Assembly (NCBI GenBank): GCA_002437285.1
Contig: DJOV01000096.1
Span: 1 to 49,689, forward strand
DNA length: 49,689 nucleotides
Origin: Prevotella sp. UBA6429
GTDB lineage: Bacteria > Bacteroidota > Bacteroidia > Bacteroidales > Bacteroidaceae
Direction: 5' to 3'
This document shows positions 29,301-39,097 of the stretch, piece after piece. Each line of letters begins with the position of its first letter. Within the stretch, counting starts at the first letter, position 1. The translations under genes and the position numbers were made by a program. The notes beneath the pieces are model-generated. The model had not been told where the DNA came from. It made no database searches and saw only the letters and a program-made list of their open reading frames with translations.

Positions 29301-32300
29301 CCAGCTCGAGGCTTGTGGTGAACGACACGTTGCTCTGGTCGTCCTGCGATCGCTCGCTGACACCCTGCTCCAGTCCTCCGAAGCCTTGCGAGACGTAGCG
29401 TCCCTGCAGGTTGACGGTGCCCATGTCGGAGAGCTGCACGTTGAGGTTGCCGTTGGCGGCCCATCCGCCCGAGTTGTTGTACTCCTTGAGGCGCAGCTCG
29501 TTGATCCACACCTCACCACTCTTCTGCTCGCTCGCCAGGTTCCTGACGCCTACGATGAGCGTCTTGACCTCACCGAGCGTGGGGTTGCCCATGACGGTGA
29601 CCTTGTTTTGCGGGTGGCTCTCGTCGTAGGCCTCGTAGGCCCGGTTGAAGGAGGCCAGCCCGTTGGCCTTGGCTGTGTTGCGCGCCTTCTTGACAGCCGT
29701 GAAGACCGACAGGGGCACGTCGAGCATGTTGTCCTCGGGCCACACCTGCTGCACCTGTGCGAGCGTGTAGCGGTCGTAGTGGCCGGCCGGCGTGAGCTTC
29801 AGTGGTATCTGGTACTCGTAGTAGTTGCTCTTGTAGTCGGATCCCAGGCGTATGAAGACGGCCAGCTGGTCGTCCTGCAGGTTGGTGACGTTCTGCTCGT
29901 TGGCGTTGGCGTGCACGAACATTTGCAGGCGCTTGTACTGGCGTAGGTCGAGTGTGGAGTTCTTGTAGACGCACTTCGATTCACCCGACGAGAGGTTGCT
30001 GACATTGATTTGCAAGGCGGCCTCGTTCGACTCCACGAGCTGCGGCTGGGTGGGGTCCTGTCCGCGCTTGATGCCCGGCGGCAGCACGTAGTTGACGGGC
30101 GACTTGTCGCTGTTCTCCTCGATGTCGACCGAGGCGGTGGTCATGGTGCCTGTCTGTGTGGTGTTGTCGAGGTTTTGCTCGTAGACACGCCACGTGCCGC
30201 GCACGAGGTCGAAGGTGCCGAAGCGCAAGACCACCGGGTGCTTGAATCCCGTGAGGAAGGTGCGCATGAAGCGTATGGACGAGAAATCATTGATGTTGCC
30301 CACCCGCTTCTCGAAGTCTTCCAGCGGTATGCGGAACTCGTACCATGTCCAGTGGCCCGTCTCGCCGTTGCGGAGCTTGGGTGCCACTTCGCGCTTGTCG
30401 ACGATGAAGTTGCGGCCCACCTCCATGTCCTCGGGCCGCAAGGACACGTGGTACTGGTAATATTTCTCATACTCGTTGAGCGTGTAGTCCTGGTTGATGT
30501 CCTCCACGTCGGGTGTGCTCTTGTAAGAGGTGTCGAAGCGTCCCGAGTTGCCCTCCGAGTCGGGCGAGTTGCCCTGCGGGTTGTTGATGTACTTGTATCG
30601 CCTGAGGATGTCGGCCTCCATGCGGTCGAGGTCGTCGCCACGGAAGTAGTGGTAGTCGTCGTTGGCTGGGTCGGCCCAGATGGAGTCCCACACGGCGGCG
30701 TTGACCTTGCCCTGGATCTGGGTGAGGAAGTCCTGGTAGCTCTGGAACTGCTGCTCCTCCTGGTCGTTGAGGCCGTTGAGACCGACATCCTGCAACTGGC
30801 GGGAGCCGCTGCTGGTGGCGAAGGCGTAGGTGACCGTGGACTGCGTGGGAATCTTGCCCCACTGGGTGAGCGTGAAGCTCTGCGAGCCGTCGACAGGCAT
30901 GCCGCTCTCGTAGAACTTCTTGCCGTCGTGGAGCACGTCCTCCGACACCTCGCCGAGGTTGAAGTAGAGGTCGCCGCCGTAGTCAGCCTCGTCAGCGCGG
31001 CCGCGGCTGTTGATGAAGGGGTCGAGCATCCAGAACTCCACATACTCGATGTTGGCGTTCTCAAAGTCGGTCGTCTCCAGTTTGCGCATCATGCCGCCCC
31101 AGTGCTGGGCCGGATTGTTGAGCGTCCCGTCGGCGTTGAGGTCCGGATTGAAGTTGTAAGGTCCGCGCTCGTTGGGATAGTAGGCCAGGTTGAGCACAGG
31201 CAGCGTGGCCGTGGCGCCGCTGTAGGAGTTGACGTCTCGGTTGGGGAAGAGCTCGTTGACATACCACTCGCGTATGTAGGGGTTGCTCAGCTGGTTGAGG
31301 TCACTCTTGATGTGTGCCGGCGTGAGGCTGCTGCTGCGGCGCGTGAAGAGCGGGTCGATGGAGTACCATGCCATCTGCGAGCGGTTGAAGCCGCTGCGCA
31401 GGGTGGTCTTGTCCTGGTGCTCGGGGAACATTGACGGCACGCTTGAGAGCACCCAGCTGTAAGGGTCGAGGACGCTGATCTTGTCGGTGGTGTTCTCGAA
31501 GTCGTCGATGTAGGACGCGTTGTCCTGCACGCCACTTGCCTTGCCGGCGATGAGCTGCGCAAACTCGCCCGTGAAAGAGATCTGCGAGGGCTGTGTGAGG
31601 TGGAGGAACGGTATCTTGTCGAGCACGTTGGTCAGCCATTGCGACTCGTGCTTCCAGTTGAGGTTGAGTCCCCAGATGGTGTTGTTGAGGGGCTCCGATC
31701 CCATGGACACCTTGGTGGTGAGCGCCTGCTCGGACAGGTGCTGCAGTGTGCCCGACATCTGGAAGTTTTTGGAGAAGTCGTACTGCCAGTTCATGCCGAG
31801 CATGGTCTTGCGCTCCTGCGAGTAGTCGCTCTGGCTCTCGAGCGACACGTTGACGGCCGTTCCGGCGTCTATGATGCTTTGGTTGAGGATGGTCACCTCG
31901 CCCCCGCTGTAGTCTACGCTATAGTCGGAGCCCTCCGTGAGGGTGACACCTCCGGCCGTCACGACCACTGAGCCCTGCGGCACGTTGTAGGCGCCGAGTG
32001 AGATGACGTTGGCCGATGTGCCCTTGTATTGGCCCTGCAGGAGGAACTTGTCCTTCTCGGCAATCTGCTTGGCCACGGTCTTCGTGGAGTCGTAGAGCTC
32101 GGTGAAGGCATAGCTTGCCGCCTTGCTTGCCGGCACGCCCGCGCTGACGAGCCTGTCGTAGAGATAGCTGCCGAAGGGCTCGGCCTCGGGGAAGAACACG
32201 CGGCCGTTGCTGACGGTGTAGCCCTCCACATAGTCGAAGTAGCCGTTGGGGTGCGCCTTGTTGTTGTTGTCAAGACGGTCGGCGCCCAGAAACTTGATGA

Positions 32301-34071
32301 GCGTCTGGTCCTTGACCTGCTGCTCGGGGATATAAGAGAGGTACACGCCCGTGGTGTCGCTCTGGTACTTGACGTCGAGCCTGAACTTCTCCCGCTCCAC
32401 GGATGAGGCCAGGTAGTAGACGTTCTTCATCATCAGGTCCCAGTTGCCTTGTTGCGGGTTGTTGCTGGTGTTCTTGAGCGACTTGACGAATAGCGCCTTG
32501 TTCACGTCGGTGACATCGCTGGCAAACTCGCCCACCTGGTAGGTCTGTCCGCCATAGGTGTACTCGTAGGCAATGGCCAGCACCTGGTCGGTCTGCAGGG
32601 AGGTGCGCAGCGAGACGTATCCCAGGGCCGTGTTGACGGTGTATTCGGAGGAGCTGAGCAGGCGTGCGCTCTGCAGCTTCTCGTAGTCGGAGCCGCCCAC
32701 CAGTCCGGCGCCGTCGAGCACGGTGGAGGTCTGGTCGATGTCGCGCGCTTCGGCCAGCTGGCCCACGACGGTCGCATACTCCGTGTTGGCGTTGTTGGCC
32801 GGCACGGGCGACCCGCCTGCCGACCACATGGCGTTGCTCACCTTGGCGTTCTCGCCCAGGTCGGTCAGGGCCACGATGTTGCGGGTGTTGTTGGTGGTGC
32901 CCGTCTTGTTGGTCACCCATATCTCCACACGGTTGATGGTGACGCCCGTGGTCAGGTTGGGCAGCGTCTTCATGGCCGCGTCGTAGCGGTTGCGGAAATA
33001 CTGTGAGAGGAAGAAGTGGCGGTTCTCCTCATAGTCGGCCGCGTCGATCTCGAAGGGGGTGAGCTGTGTGCCTCCCTTTGAGGAGACACTCTTGGACGAG
33101 CTCTTCTTCTGCGAGGCCACGAGCTGCAGCTTGAGCTTGCCAAACTGCAAGTCGGTGCGCAGGCCAAACAGGGAGCTTGCGCCTTGCACCAGTGAGGAGT
33201 TGCTGGGGAAGGATATGTTGCCGCCTTCGACGAGCTTGACGATCTCGTCCTCCTTGCCGTCGTACTTCAGCTTCATGTTCTGCGAGTCGAAGTCGAAGGT
33301 GGCGTCGGTGTTGTAGTTGAGGTTCATGTTGACCTTGTCGCCCACCTTGCCGTTGACGTTGAGGTTGATCTTCTCGTCGAAGTCCATGGTGGTCTTGTTG
33401 CGGCTGCGCACTGGGAGCGACGGGTTGTCGATCTTCTTGTTGGTGGCGCCAAACTTCAGTTCGGCCGTTCCCTGTGTGCGGATGCGCACGCCGCCCGGCC
33501 CGAAGATTTTCTCCGCGGGGCCGAGGTCGAAGTGCATGTCGGCGAAGTCGAATTTCTCCTTGCCCTTGGCCTCGTAGATCTCATCGTTCTTCGAGCGGAA
33601 ATAAGCGTCGCGGGCATGTTTCCCGCTCCACTTCAGGTATTCGGAAGTGGTCATCATGAACGGTGCCGCGAGGTAGCTGTCGCCAAACTTGGCGCCGATG
33701 ACGTAGCGGTCGAGCGAGTCGTTGTAGCTCACCTCATAGCGCAAGCCTTCGGGGCGCTTCAGGTCGAGCACGCCCTGGTCGAGGTCATCGTAGGTGAGGG
33801 GCACGGTGCGCTGTATCTTCCAGCGGGGGTGGAGCAGCGAGTCGGGTATGGAGTCTTCGTCGATGATGAGGTCGTTGAGGTTGCCTACGCTCTTGTTGCC
33901 CCCGGTCTTCTTGTCTTGTTGCCGTTGGCCGTCCTGCTTGCCCTTGCCTTGCTGTGTGCGCCTCGCTTGCTGGCGCGGGTCGACCTGCTGGTGCGGATAC
34001 ACAAAAGCATAGCCGGCCATGGTGATGGCCAGCCCGATGAGGATTGATATGCCGTGTTTCCTGATGTTCAT
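26383..34071 (-). CDS. sprA: T9SS outer-membrane translocon SprA/Sov
   Basis: 2562 aa; EKIFGPGG, YEENRHFFL, WDLMMKNVY, YIDDFE, WGGMMR, EVWINELR and FSPLLGVD motifs; ruvA-sprA synteny. Confidence 0.96.
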   Translation of the reverse strand: MNIRKHGISILIGLAITMAGYAFVYPHQQVDPRQQARRTQQGKGKQDGQRQQDKKTGGNKSVGNLNDLIIDEDSIPDSLLHPRWKIQRTVPLTYDDLDQGVLDLKRPEGLRYEVSYNDSLDRYVIGAKFGDSYLAAPFMMTTSEYLKWSGKHARDAYFRSKNDEIYEAKGKEKFDFADMHFDLGPAEKIFGPGGVRIRTQGTAELKFGATNKKIDNPSLPVRSRNKTTMDFDEKINLNVNGKVGDKVNMNLNYNTDATFDFDSQNMKLKYDGKEDEIVKLVEGGNISFPSNSSLVQGASSLFGLRTDLQFGKLKLQLVASQKKSSSKSVSSKGGTQLTPFEIDAADYEENRHFFLSQYFRNRYDAAMKTLPNLTTGVTINRVEIWVTNKTGTTNNTRNIVALTDLGENAKVSNAMWSAGGSPVPANNANTEYATVVGQLAEARDIDQTSTVLDGAGLVGGSDYEKLQSARLLSSSEYTVNTALGYVSLRTSLQTDQVLAIAYEYTYGGQTYQVGEFASDVTDVNKALFVKSLKNTSNNPQQGNWDLMMKNVYYLASSVEREKFRLDVKYQSDTTGVYLSYIPEQQVKDQTLIKFLGADRLDNNNKAHPNGYFDYVEGYTVSNGRVFFPEAEPFGSYLYDRLVSAGVPASKAASYAFTELYDSTKTVAKQIAEKDKFLLQGQYKGTSANVISLGAYNVPQGSVVVTAGGVTLTEGSDYSVDYSGGEVTILNQSIIDAGTAVNVSLESQSDYSQERKTMLGMNWQYDFSKNFQMSGTLQHLSEQALTTKVSMGSEPLNNTIWGLNLNWKHESQWLTNVLDKIPFLHLTQPSQISFTGEFAQLIAGKASGVQDNASYIDDFENTTDKISVLDPYSWVLSSVPSMFPEHQDKTTLRSGFNRSQMAWYSIDPLFTRRSSSLTPAHIKSDLNQLSNPYIREWYVNELFPNRDVNSYSGATATLPVLNLAYYPNERGPYNFNPDLNADGTLNNPAQHWGGMMRKLETTDFENANIEYVEFWMLDPFINSRGRADEADYGGDLYFNLGEVSEDVLHDGKKFYESGMPVDGSQSFTLTQWGKIPTQSTVTYAFATSSGSRQLQDVGLNGLNDQEEQQFQSYQDFLTQIQGKVNAAVWDSIWADPANDDYHYFRGDDLDRMEADILRRYKYINNPQGNSPDSEGNSGRFDTSYKSTPDVEDINQDYTLNEYEKYYQYHVSLRPEDMEVGRNFIVDKREVAPKLRNGETGHWTWYEFRIPLEDFEKRVGNINDFSSIRFMRTFLTGFKHPVVLRFGTFDLVRGTWRVYEQNLDNTTQTGTMTTASVDIEENSDKSPVNYVLPPGIKRGQDPTQPQLVESNEAALQINVSNLSSGESKCVYKNSTLDLRQYKRLQMFVHANANEQNVTNLQDDQLAVFIRLGSDYKSNYYEYQIPLKLTPAGHYDRYTLAQVQQVWPEDNMLDVPLSVFTAVKKARNTAKANGLASFNRAYEAYDESHPQNKVTVMGNPTLGEVKTLIVGVRNLASEQKSGEVWINELRLKEYNNSGGWAANGNLNVQLSDMGTVNLQGRYVSQGFGGLEQGVSERSQDDQSNVSFTTSLELGKFFPDKAKVSAPLYYSVTKEVTRPKYNPLDTDMELDDALESMDKHERDSVENIAVTKTINRNFSLSNVRVGIQTKRHPMPYDPANFSFSYSHSHAHTQGETTVYENEDNWRGGFNYNWSPVYKAWEPFKRLKSKSKWLDILKRFGLNWLPQNVAFNTEMTRNYYELQERDMESLEGSQLPLTFSQQFLWNRDFQLRWDLTKNLHMNFQSATHAEIEEPYTPVNKDLYPTRYEAWKDSVWTSIKHMGTPLDYQQTFTMSYQLPLNLLPIFDWVTSDASYNATYHWVRGSELEDGTNLGNTIQNNRQLNINGTFNLTKLYNHVPFLKAANERFDKEPSRAELNKKKQDKSKEKVEKKKLKDEEDQVRKKAEADGKDPEEAVRQLQQKRKEEQQKKAQLPKNRNAFEKEIKLLPDTTIDVSHARKSKRLIVSAKTMDGQRYKLKFKKLDDNKIRITNKVDSALRLKLTVTTKRPLDEQKWYRIAQSVARVAMMVRNVSMTYRNQYSIVLPGFMPTVGNAFGQTRNNSANALAPGLDFAFGLVGDSYIAKASDRGWLLMSDSVATPATTNKTEDLQLRMTLEPVKNLKIDLTATRAQTTARSIQYMYEGNPTTQTGTFTMTTISLGSAFEGIGNANNGYHSATFDKFCRSLEGFRQRVEARYAGAVYPAGTAFAGKKFDAANGGVNLYSADVMVPAFLASYTGMGGKGLDIFPALTKLLPNWTMRYSGLSKLPWFRDVFKSVNLNHSYKSVYAVGSYQSYSTYMQLMGAGLGFITDATTGNPIPNSMYNVSTVSINEAFSPLLGVDVTLQNNLTCKLEYRQTRVLSLSMTSVQINEAVSKDWVLGMGYKLNNFNLFGSRNHRQVKSNGKRGANNQTKNNSNTSARGGTNHSLNLRLDLSFRKQASITRDIAAMASAASSGNTAFKLSFMADYTLSKLMTMSFYLDRQTNTPLLSSSSYPTTTQDFGLSLKFSLTR

Positions 34072-34080
34072 TCCTGTCGA

Positions 34081-34701
34081 TTACTTGATGCGCTTCAGCG
34101 CTTCCTTGATTACCGCCTCCACAGCCATGTCGGGCTGCTCGGTGAGGATGGCTGTCACCACCTTGGCCGCTGGCGCCGGTGAGAAGCCGAGCATGGTCAT
34201 GGCCGACACGGCCTCGTCCTTCACGGCGCTGTTGACCGCGGGCTGTTCCTTGCCGCCTGCCGACACGTGGAGCTCATTGGCGATGCCCGACGCCACGATC
34301 TTGTCTTTCAGGTCGACAATGACGCGCTGGGCCGTCTTCAGGCCGATGCCCTTCACGCTCTTGATGGTCTTCTCATTGCCGCCCGCGATGGCGTCGCAGA
34401 GCTCGGCGGGGGTCATGGACGAGAGCATCATGCGTGCCGTGTTGGCTCCCACGCCCGACACGGAGATGAGCATGCGGTAAAGCTCGCGCTCCTGGCGCGT
34501 GGCAAAGCCATAGAGCGTGAACGAGTCGTCGCGGCCGCCGGCCACGAGCACCTCGTGCACATAGAGGCGCACCTGCTTCTTGCCCTGCACGCCCGTGTAG
34601 GTGTTGAGTGATATGTTGAGCGCATAGCCCACCCCGCCGGCCTCAACGACAGCCAGCGTGGGGGTGAGCTCGGTGAGCTCGCCGTGAATGTATTCGATCA
34701 T
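34081..34701 (-). CDS. ruvA: Holliday junction branch migration protein RuvA
   Basis: MIEYIHG, GGVGY, LYGF, LISVSGVG, GIGLKTAQRVIVDLKDK motifs. Confidence 0.97.
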   Translation of the reverse strand: MIEYIHGELTELTPTLAVVEAGGVGYALNISLNTYTGVQGKKQVRLYVHEVLVAGGRDDSFTLYGFATRQERELYRMLISVSGVGANTARMMLSSMTPAELCDAIAGGNEKTIKSVKGIGLKTAQRVIVDLKDKIVASGIANELHVSAGGKEQPAVNSAVKDEAVSAMTMLGFSPAPAAKVVTAILTEQPDMAVEAVIKEALKRIK

Positions 34702-34850
34702 AAAAAGTCTTCAATCTGTGTACGTACCTTTTTATAACGCACGAGGCGCGGTATTATTGCCTTCACAGCCGATTTGTTCGCAAGAAATGTGCAAGGCGTC
34801 TTGTCTTGCCGTCACTCACCCTTTCCCCCTTTTGCCCAAGACTCCCAAAA

Positions 34851-34983
34851 AGCTCCCCTCCAGCTTGTGGCGCGCAGCCATGCATGGACATAGCCCAGAG
34901 CCGCTTGCCAAAGCAAGCATGTCCTGGGCTATGCGTCAACCTGTGCTTTGCCGCCACAGCCAGTGGCGGGGTCGAGGGGGGCT
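34851..34983. repeat. nested inverted-repeat region between the PL11 gene and ruvA
   Basis: CATAGCCCAG/CTGGGCTATG (34889-34933) with inner GCTTGC/GCAAGC; CCGCCAC/GTGGCGG; outer AGCTCCCCTC/GAGGGGGCT (imperfect). Confidence 0.7.
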
Positions 34984-34998
34984 GTCAGAGAGGCCTGT

Positions 34999-37900
34999 CT
35001 ATCTGTTAACCAGTATTTTCTTCTTGTTTACGATGTAGACACCCCTTGAGGCCTTGCGGACCTTGCGCCCCTGCAAGTCGTACATGGCGGCGTTGGTGTC
35101 GCCGTCAGCGCGCGTGCCGTCGATTCCCGTTGCGCTTTTCGTGATGGTGATGACCCCGTCGCTTGCCAGGCGCGACGTGTCCCACTCATAGCCCACCCTG
35201 GGCGTGGCGGGCAGGACGGTGACGTTGCCCCTCACGATGCGGTGGCCGTCACCCTTGATGACGGCAAATTCAGCATTGCCGGGGATGTAGGAGCCCGACA
35301 ACCTCTGCATGTCGATGACAGGACTGTCGAGGACGGCGGTGCCGTTGATGGTCACGGCGTCGCACGATGCTGCCGTGGAAGTCGTCCTGTAGTTGACCAG
35401 CAGGCGCGAGATCTGCCATGTGCCCGTGCCGAGCGTGCCGGTGCCGGTCAGCGTTCCGATCTTGTGGGTGTAGTTGACCTCGTCGCTCTTTCCGGCCTTG
35501 AAGCCTGCCGCATACGAACCTTGGTCCAGCTTCAGCGTCGCCTTTGACAAGTCCATGCCTTGCACAAAGCGGCAGTTGGATGTGGTCACCTGATAGGTGC
35601 CTTCAAAGTCACTCGTGTTCGTGTAGACATCGCCCCTCACGTAGGGGAAGCTGACTTTGTACGTGCCTTTCCCCTTCAGCGCCCCGCGTATGTGGCAGCG
35701 GCTTCCGGCTTTGAAGTTCAGCGTCTTGCCCTCGTCAATCAGGATGGTGTTCAGCAACGTAGGCGCATTGCTTGATTGGGTGGTGTTGAATAGGGTCAGC
35801 GTGGAATTGGCTGTGACGTGGATGGTAGACGTCGGCAGGCCGAATGTCGTGTTGTACGCGCCCATGGCCAACGTGCCGCCAGCCAGTATCGTTCCCGCCC
35901 ATGTGTTGTTTCCGCTGTAGGTGATGTTCAGCTGGCCGCCGCCCGTCTTTCGCAGCACGCCCTTTCCGACAATGATTCCTTTCAGTGCTGTTGTGCCCGA
36001 AGAGACTTGTATCGTAGCGGTGTCGGCGAGTGTGAGACCGCGGTTGGTAGCGGTGTTCGTGTTGTTGATTTGCAGTGTGGCCTTGCCTATCAGGAAGTTG
36101 CTTGCCGCAGCTGTTGCCGCGCCTATTGACGAGGCTGTGCCTGCGTCGGCCAGTTGCTTGACGACAAGCGTCCCGGAGTTGACGGTGGTCTTGCCCGTAT
36201 AGTCGCTCTTCGTGGCGTTGAGCAGCACACGCCCCGTGCCGTTCACGGTCACGTTGGCAGCACCCGAGATGCCTCCGTTGCCTGTGATGACGATGGCCTT
36301 GCTGTCGTTTTCAAATGTGACGGAACCGGCCGACATCAGCTCGTCCACCTTGACGGTGGTAGCGCTGGCGTCATCGTTGAACACGACACCGTCGCCCGTA
36401 GCAAACGAAGTGTCTGTTCCGCCGAGCGAGAAATTGTCGGCCCGATAGTCCCAGACATTCCCGTTTTTCCCAGTCCATACGACCTGGTCGGCGGGCTCGC
36501 GCTGGTCAGCCACGCTCAGGTATATGGCCCTGTCCTTGTTGATGACGTTGCACGAAAGGCCAGTTAGCCCTCTGACGCTGAAGTTGTCGGTGCTTCCGGA
36601 AAATTGCCCAGTGTATTCTATGAGCTTGTAGGTCCCCGCTTTTATGTCGGTAGCACGGATGGTGAACACCACCGGTGCCGTGATGGCGAGGTCGCCGTTG
36701 ACCTTGACGAAGGCGCTGTCGTCGGTGTTGATCTCCATATACGTCTTCTTGTCCAGGGTGAGCGTGCTGTTCACCGTTATCACCTTGCTTGGCATGATGC
36801 GGCAGCCCTCATAGTTCAGCGCACCCTCAACCATGATGCCTCCCACCGATCCGTTTCCGGACAGCGTGCCGCGGGCGCGGAGGTCCACGGTTCCGGCGAT
36901 GTCACCCTGCAGGTTGAGTGTGCCCTCCGAGACGATAGTGTTGCCTGTGGACTCGTTCTTGCCTTCAAGAGTCAGCGTCCCCTGCTGCGATTTCCACAGT
37001 TGGGTGTTGCCCTTGAGCCCGCGGAGCGTCAGGTTCTGTTTCTTGACCGGCATCATGTAAATGTTCTTTAAGCCATCGCGAGGTGTGACCGTGGCGTTGC
37101 CGTCGGCAATGCCGAACACGTCGCACTCCTCGTTGGCCTGCATCACAGGCGGCAACTGTGGACGAGGCATGCCGTAACCCAGGTAGAAGCCGGGGTTGGG
37201 ACTTTGGTAATATCCCCTTGTCGTGCAGTCGCCCCTGTAGTGAGGGTCCTGTTGCAGGCAATAGATGTTGTTGACGTCAGTCGTGCTGCCGGTGCTGAGC
37301 CCCACGATGCCTTGGCAGACACCGTCAACCTGCCTTATTAGCACCATCTCCTCACGCCAGTCTCCGATGATGTCCCCCCAGAACTTGGCGCGTTTTCCGT
37401 AGCTGGTTATCAGTTGGTAACCAGACTCTTTGGCAGGCTGCACGAGACGCGTGCCGTCAAACTTCATGATGTAGACGTTGTAGTGGGAGTCGGACGACTG
37501 TACGATTTCCCTGTCCAGCTGTCCGTCCCACCAGATGCCCTCCGTGGGGTAAGTCTTGTTGAGGCCATCTATGCGGTCTCCCTTGGCGTCATACACACCG
37601 TCCATGGTAGACCACATCTCCCAGCCCAAGTGGTTGGGGTCGACATCCATGCACTCTCCTCTGCCCACGTCGCCCACCTCGTTGAGGTACCATTTCTTGA
37701 TGGGCTCGCCCGTGGCGGCATCGTAAAGGATTTGGCCGAGCATGTCGGGGGCGTATTGCTGGATGGCAAAGCACTCCAGTCCGGGGCGCTCTGGGTCGAT
37801 GTCGCTGATGCGATGGCGGTCACCGTGCCCTATGCCAGAGTTGTACAGGGTGGAACCGTCCTGGTCCATGGCATAGGCTCCCGACAGCATCTCGTCGCAA

Positions 37901-39006
37901 CCGTCGCCGTCAACGTCGGCTATCCTTATCTGGTGGAACACGGCACCTCCCGTTTGCTTGCTGAACAGCAGTTTCCACGCTCCGCCCTGATACGCGAAAG
38001 CCACGTTGCGGTAGTAGTGCTCTCCCTCCTTGGAGCGCGTGTGCCATTCGCCCACAATGGCGGGATGGACACCGTCGTGGTAGAATATTCCCGTGTGTCC
38101 TTCATGCTTGTTGTACTCGTCTCCCATCAGGGAACCCTTGTTTGTCCTGTTGTATGCCTCATCATATGCGAACTCCGCCGATGCCTTCTCCGTGCCCGTC
38201 ATGCCGTCGATGACGGTCATGTATCGAGGAGGGTTTTTCGTCTCCTGTGTGTCATAGTCGATGATTCCGTCGCCGTCGGAGTCGCCCGTGTCCTTGCCAA
38301 ACAGGTATTTGCCCCACGTCCCTTTCTCCTTGTCCCAAAACCGCGTGCCGTCTGATGTCTGGACGATCACCTCTCCCTTGCCGTCGCAGTCGATGTCGTA
38401 CGCGCACAGGTTGTCGTTCTGCCCGTCACAGGGCCTTTCGTTCACGCCAAGATCCACGTTCCAAAGGAATGTTCCGTCGGCAAGATATCCTTCAAGATAA
38501 AAGTTCCGGGACCCATCGGTAGGGCATCGGTCGACGACGTAATCGTATTCGCCATCGCCGTTGAGGTCACAAGGCCATACAAACTTGGTAGTGTAGTTTG
38601 CCTTTTTCAGTGGAGACTTGTCAAACCTGATTTCCATGAATATGTTTCTCAGTCCGTTGTTCTTGAAAAGGAACGGCTTGCTCTTCTCGCTTTCCTTCCC
38701 GTTGTCGAGCATGGTGACGGCGATGTAGCTGTTGTAGGGCACCTTCGACAGTGTGGTAGCATAGTTGGTCTTGGACAGGGGAGCGCTGTTGAGCAAGGTG
38801 TATGCCCCGTCCTTCGAGGAGGACACATAGATGTTGTACTTGCAGCTTTCGGGTTCCTGGGCCAGCCTGCGCCAGGTCAGCGTGACGTTGTTGCCGTCGT
38901 TTACCGCCACGACACCTCTGCCGAGTGCCTGCACCTTACGCTGTGCCTGTCCTGCTGTTGCCATTCCGAGCAACAGGGCGCAAAGGATTGATTTTTTTAG
39001 TAGCAT
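34999..39006 (-). CDS. rhamnogalacturonan lyase (PL11-like) with autotransporter-type beta-strand repeats and T9SS C-terminal signal
   Basis: QALGRGVVAV, DLNGDGEYD, HGDRH..DIDPERPGLE, GDIIGDWREE; repeats KSQQGTLTL..N..TGNTIVSEGTL and KTGGGQLNI...NTWAGT; C-terminal YDLQGRKV...GVYIVNKKKILV. Confidence 0.88.
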   Translation of the reverse strand: MLLKKSILCALLLGMATAGQAQRKVQALGRGVVAVNDGNNVTLTWRRLAQEPESCKYNIYVSSSKDGAYTLLNSAPLSKTNYATTLSKVPYNSYIAVTMLDNGKESEKSKPFLFKNNGLRNIFMEIRFDKSPLKKANYTTKFVWPCDLNGDGEYDYVVDRCPTDGSRNFYLEGYLADGTFLWNVDLGVNERPCDGQNDNLCAYDIDCDGKGEVIVQTSDGTRFWDKEKGTWGKYLFGKDTGDSDGDGIIDYDTQETKNPPRYMTVIDGMTGTEKASAEFAYDEAYNRTNKGSLMGDEYNKHEGHTGIFYHDGVHPAIVGEWHTRSKEGEHYYRNVAFAYQGGAWKLLFSKQTGGAVFHQIRIADVDGDGCDEMLSGAYAMDQDGSTLYNSGIGHGDRHRISDIDPERPGLECFAIQQYAPDMLGQILYDAATGEPIKKWYLNEVGDVGRGECMDVDPNHLGWEMWSTMDGVYDAKGDRIDGLNKTYPTEGIWWDGQLDREIVQSSDSHYNVYIMKFDGTRLVQPAKESGYQLITSYGKRAKFWGDIIGDWREEMVLIRQVDGVCQGIVGLSTGSTTDVNNIYCLQQDPHYRGDCTTRGYYQSPNPGFYLGYGMPRPQLPPVMQANEECDVFGIADGNATVTPRDGLKNIYMMPVKKQNLTLRGLKGNTQLWKSQQGTLTLEGKNESTGNTIVSEGTLNLQGDIAGTVDLRARGTLSGNGSVGGIMVEGALNYEGCRIMPSKVITVNSTLTLDKKTYMEINTDDSAFVKVNGDLAITAPVVFTIRATDIKAGTYKLIEYTGQFSGSTDNFSVRGLTGLSCNVINKDRAIYLSVADQREPADQVVWTGKNGNVWDYRADNFSLGGTDTSFATGDGVVFNDDASATTVKVDELMSAGSVTFENDSKAIVITGNGGISGAANVTVNGTGRVLLNATKSDYTGKTTVNSGTLVVKQLADAGTASSIGAATAAASNFLIGKATLQINNTNTATNRGLTLADTATIQVSSGTTALKGIIVGKGVLRKTGGGQLNITYSGNNTWAGTILAGGTLAMGAYNTTFGLPTSTIHVTANSTLTLFNTTQSSNAPTLLNTILIDEGKTLNFKAGSRCHIRGALKGKGTYKVSFPYVRGDVYTNTSDFEGTYQVTTSNCRFVQGMDLSKATLKLDQGSYAAGFKAGKSDEVNYTHKIGTLTGTGTLGTGTWQISRLLVNYRTTSTAASCDAVTINGTAVLDSPVIDMQRLSGSYIPGNAEFAVIKGDGHRIVRGNVTVLPATPRVGYEWDTSRLASDGVITITKSATGIDGTRADGDTNAAMYDLQGRKVRKASRGVYIVNKKKILVNR

Positions 39007-39031
39007 TGTGGTTTAAGTTAGAAATCTGCTG

Positions 39032-39097
39032 CAAATTTAGTCACTATGCCCGTTAGCGACAAGGTGATAGAGTACGAATAATATGGAAAATTGTACG
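39032..39097 (-). promoter_or_regulatory. sigma-A promoter of the lyase with upstream 21-bp-period repeat
   Basis: Minus strand CTTG-N20-TAAATTTG (39063-39032); GTACG at 39072 and 39093. Confidence 0.65.

Noticed and set aside
26641..31434. Long plus-strand ORFs (504, 535, 474 aa) opposite sprA, and similar shadows opposite recD, the DUF4435 gene, cdsB, the barrel gene and GH43
   Set aside because: Antisense shadows expected from high GC3 codon usage; no recognisable motifs
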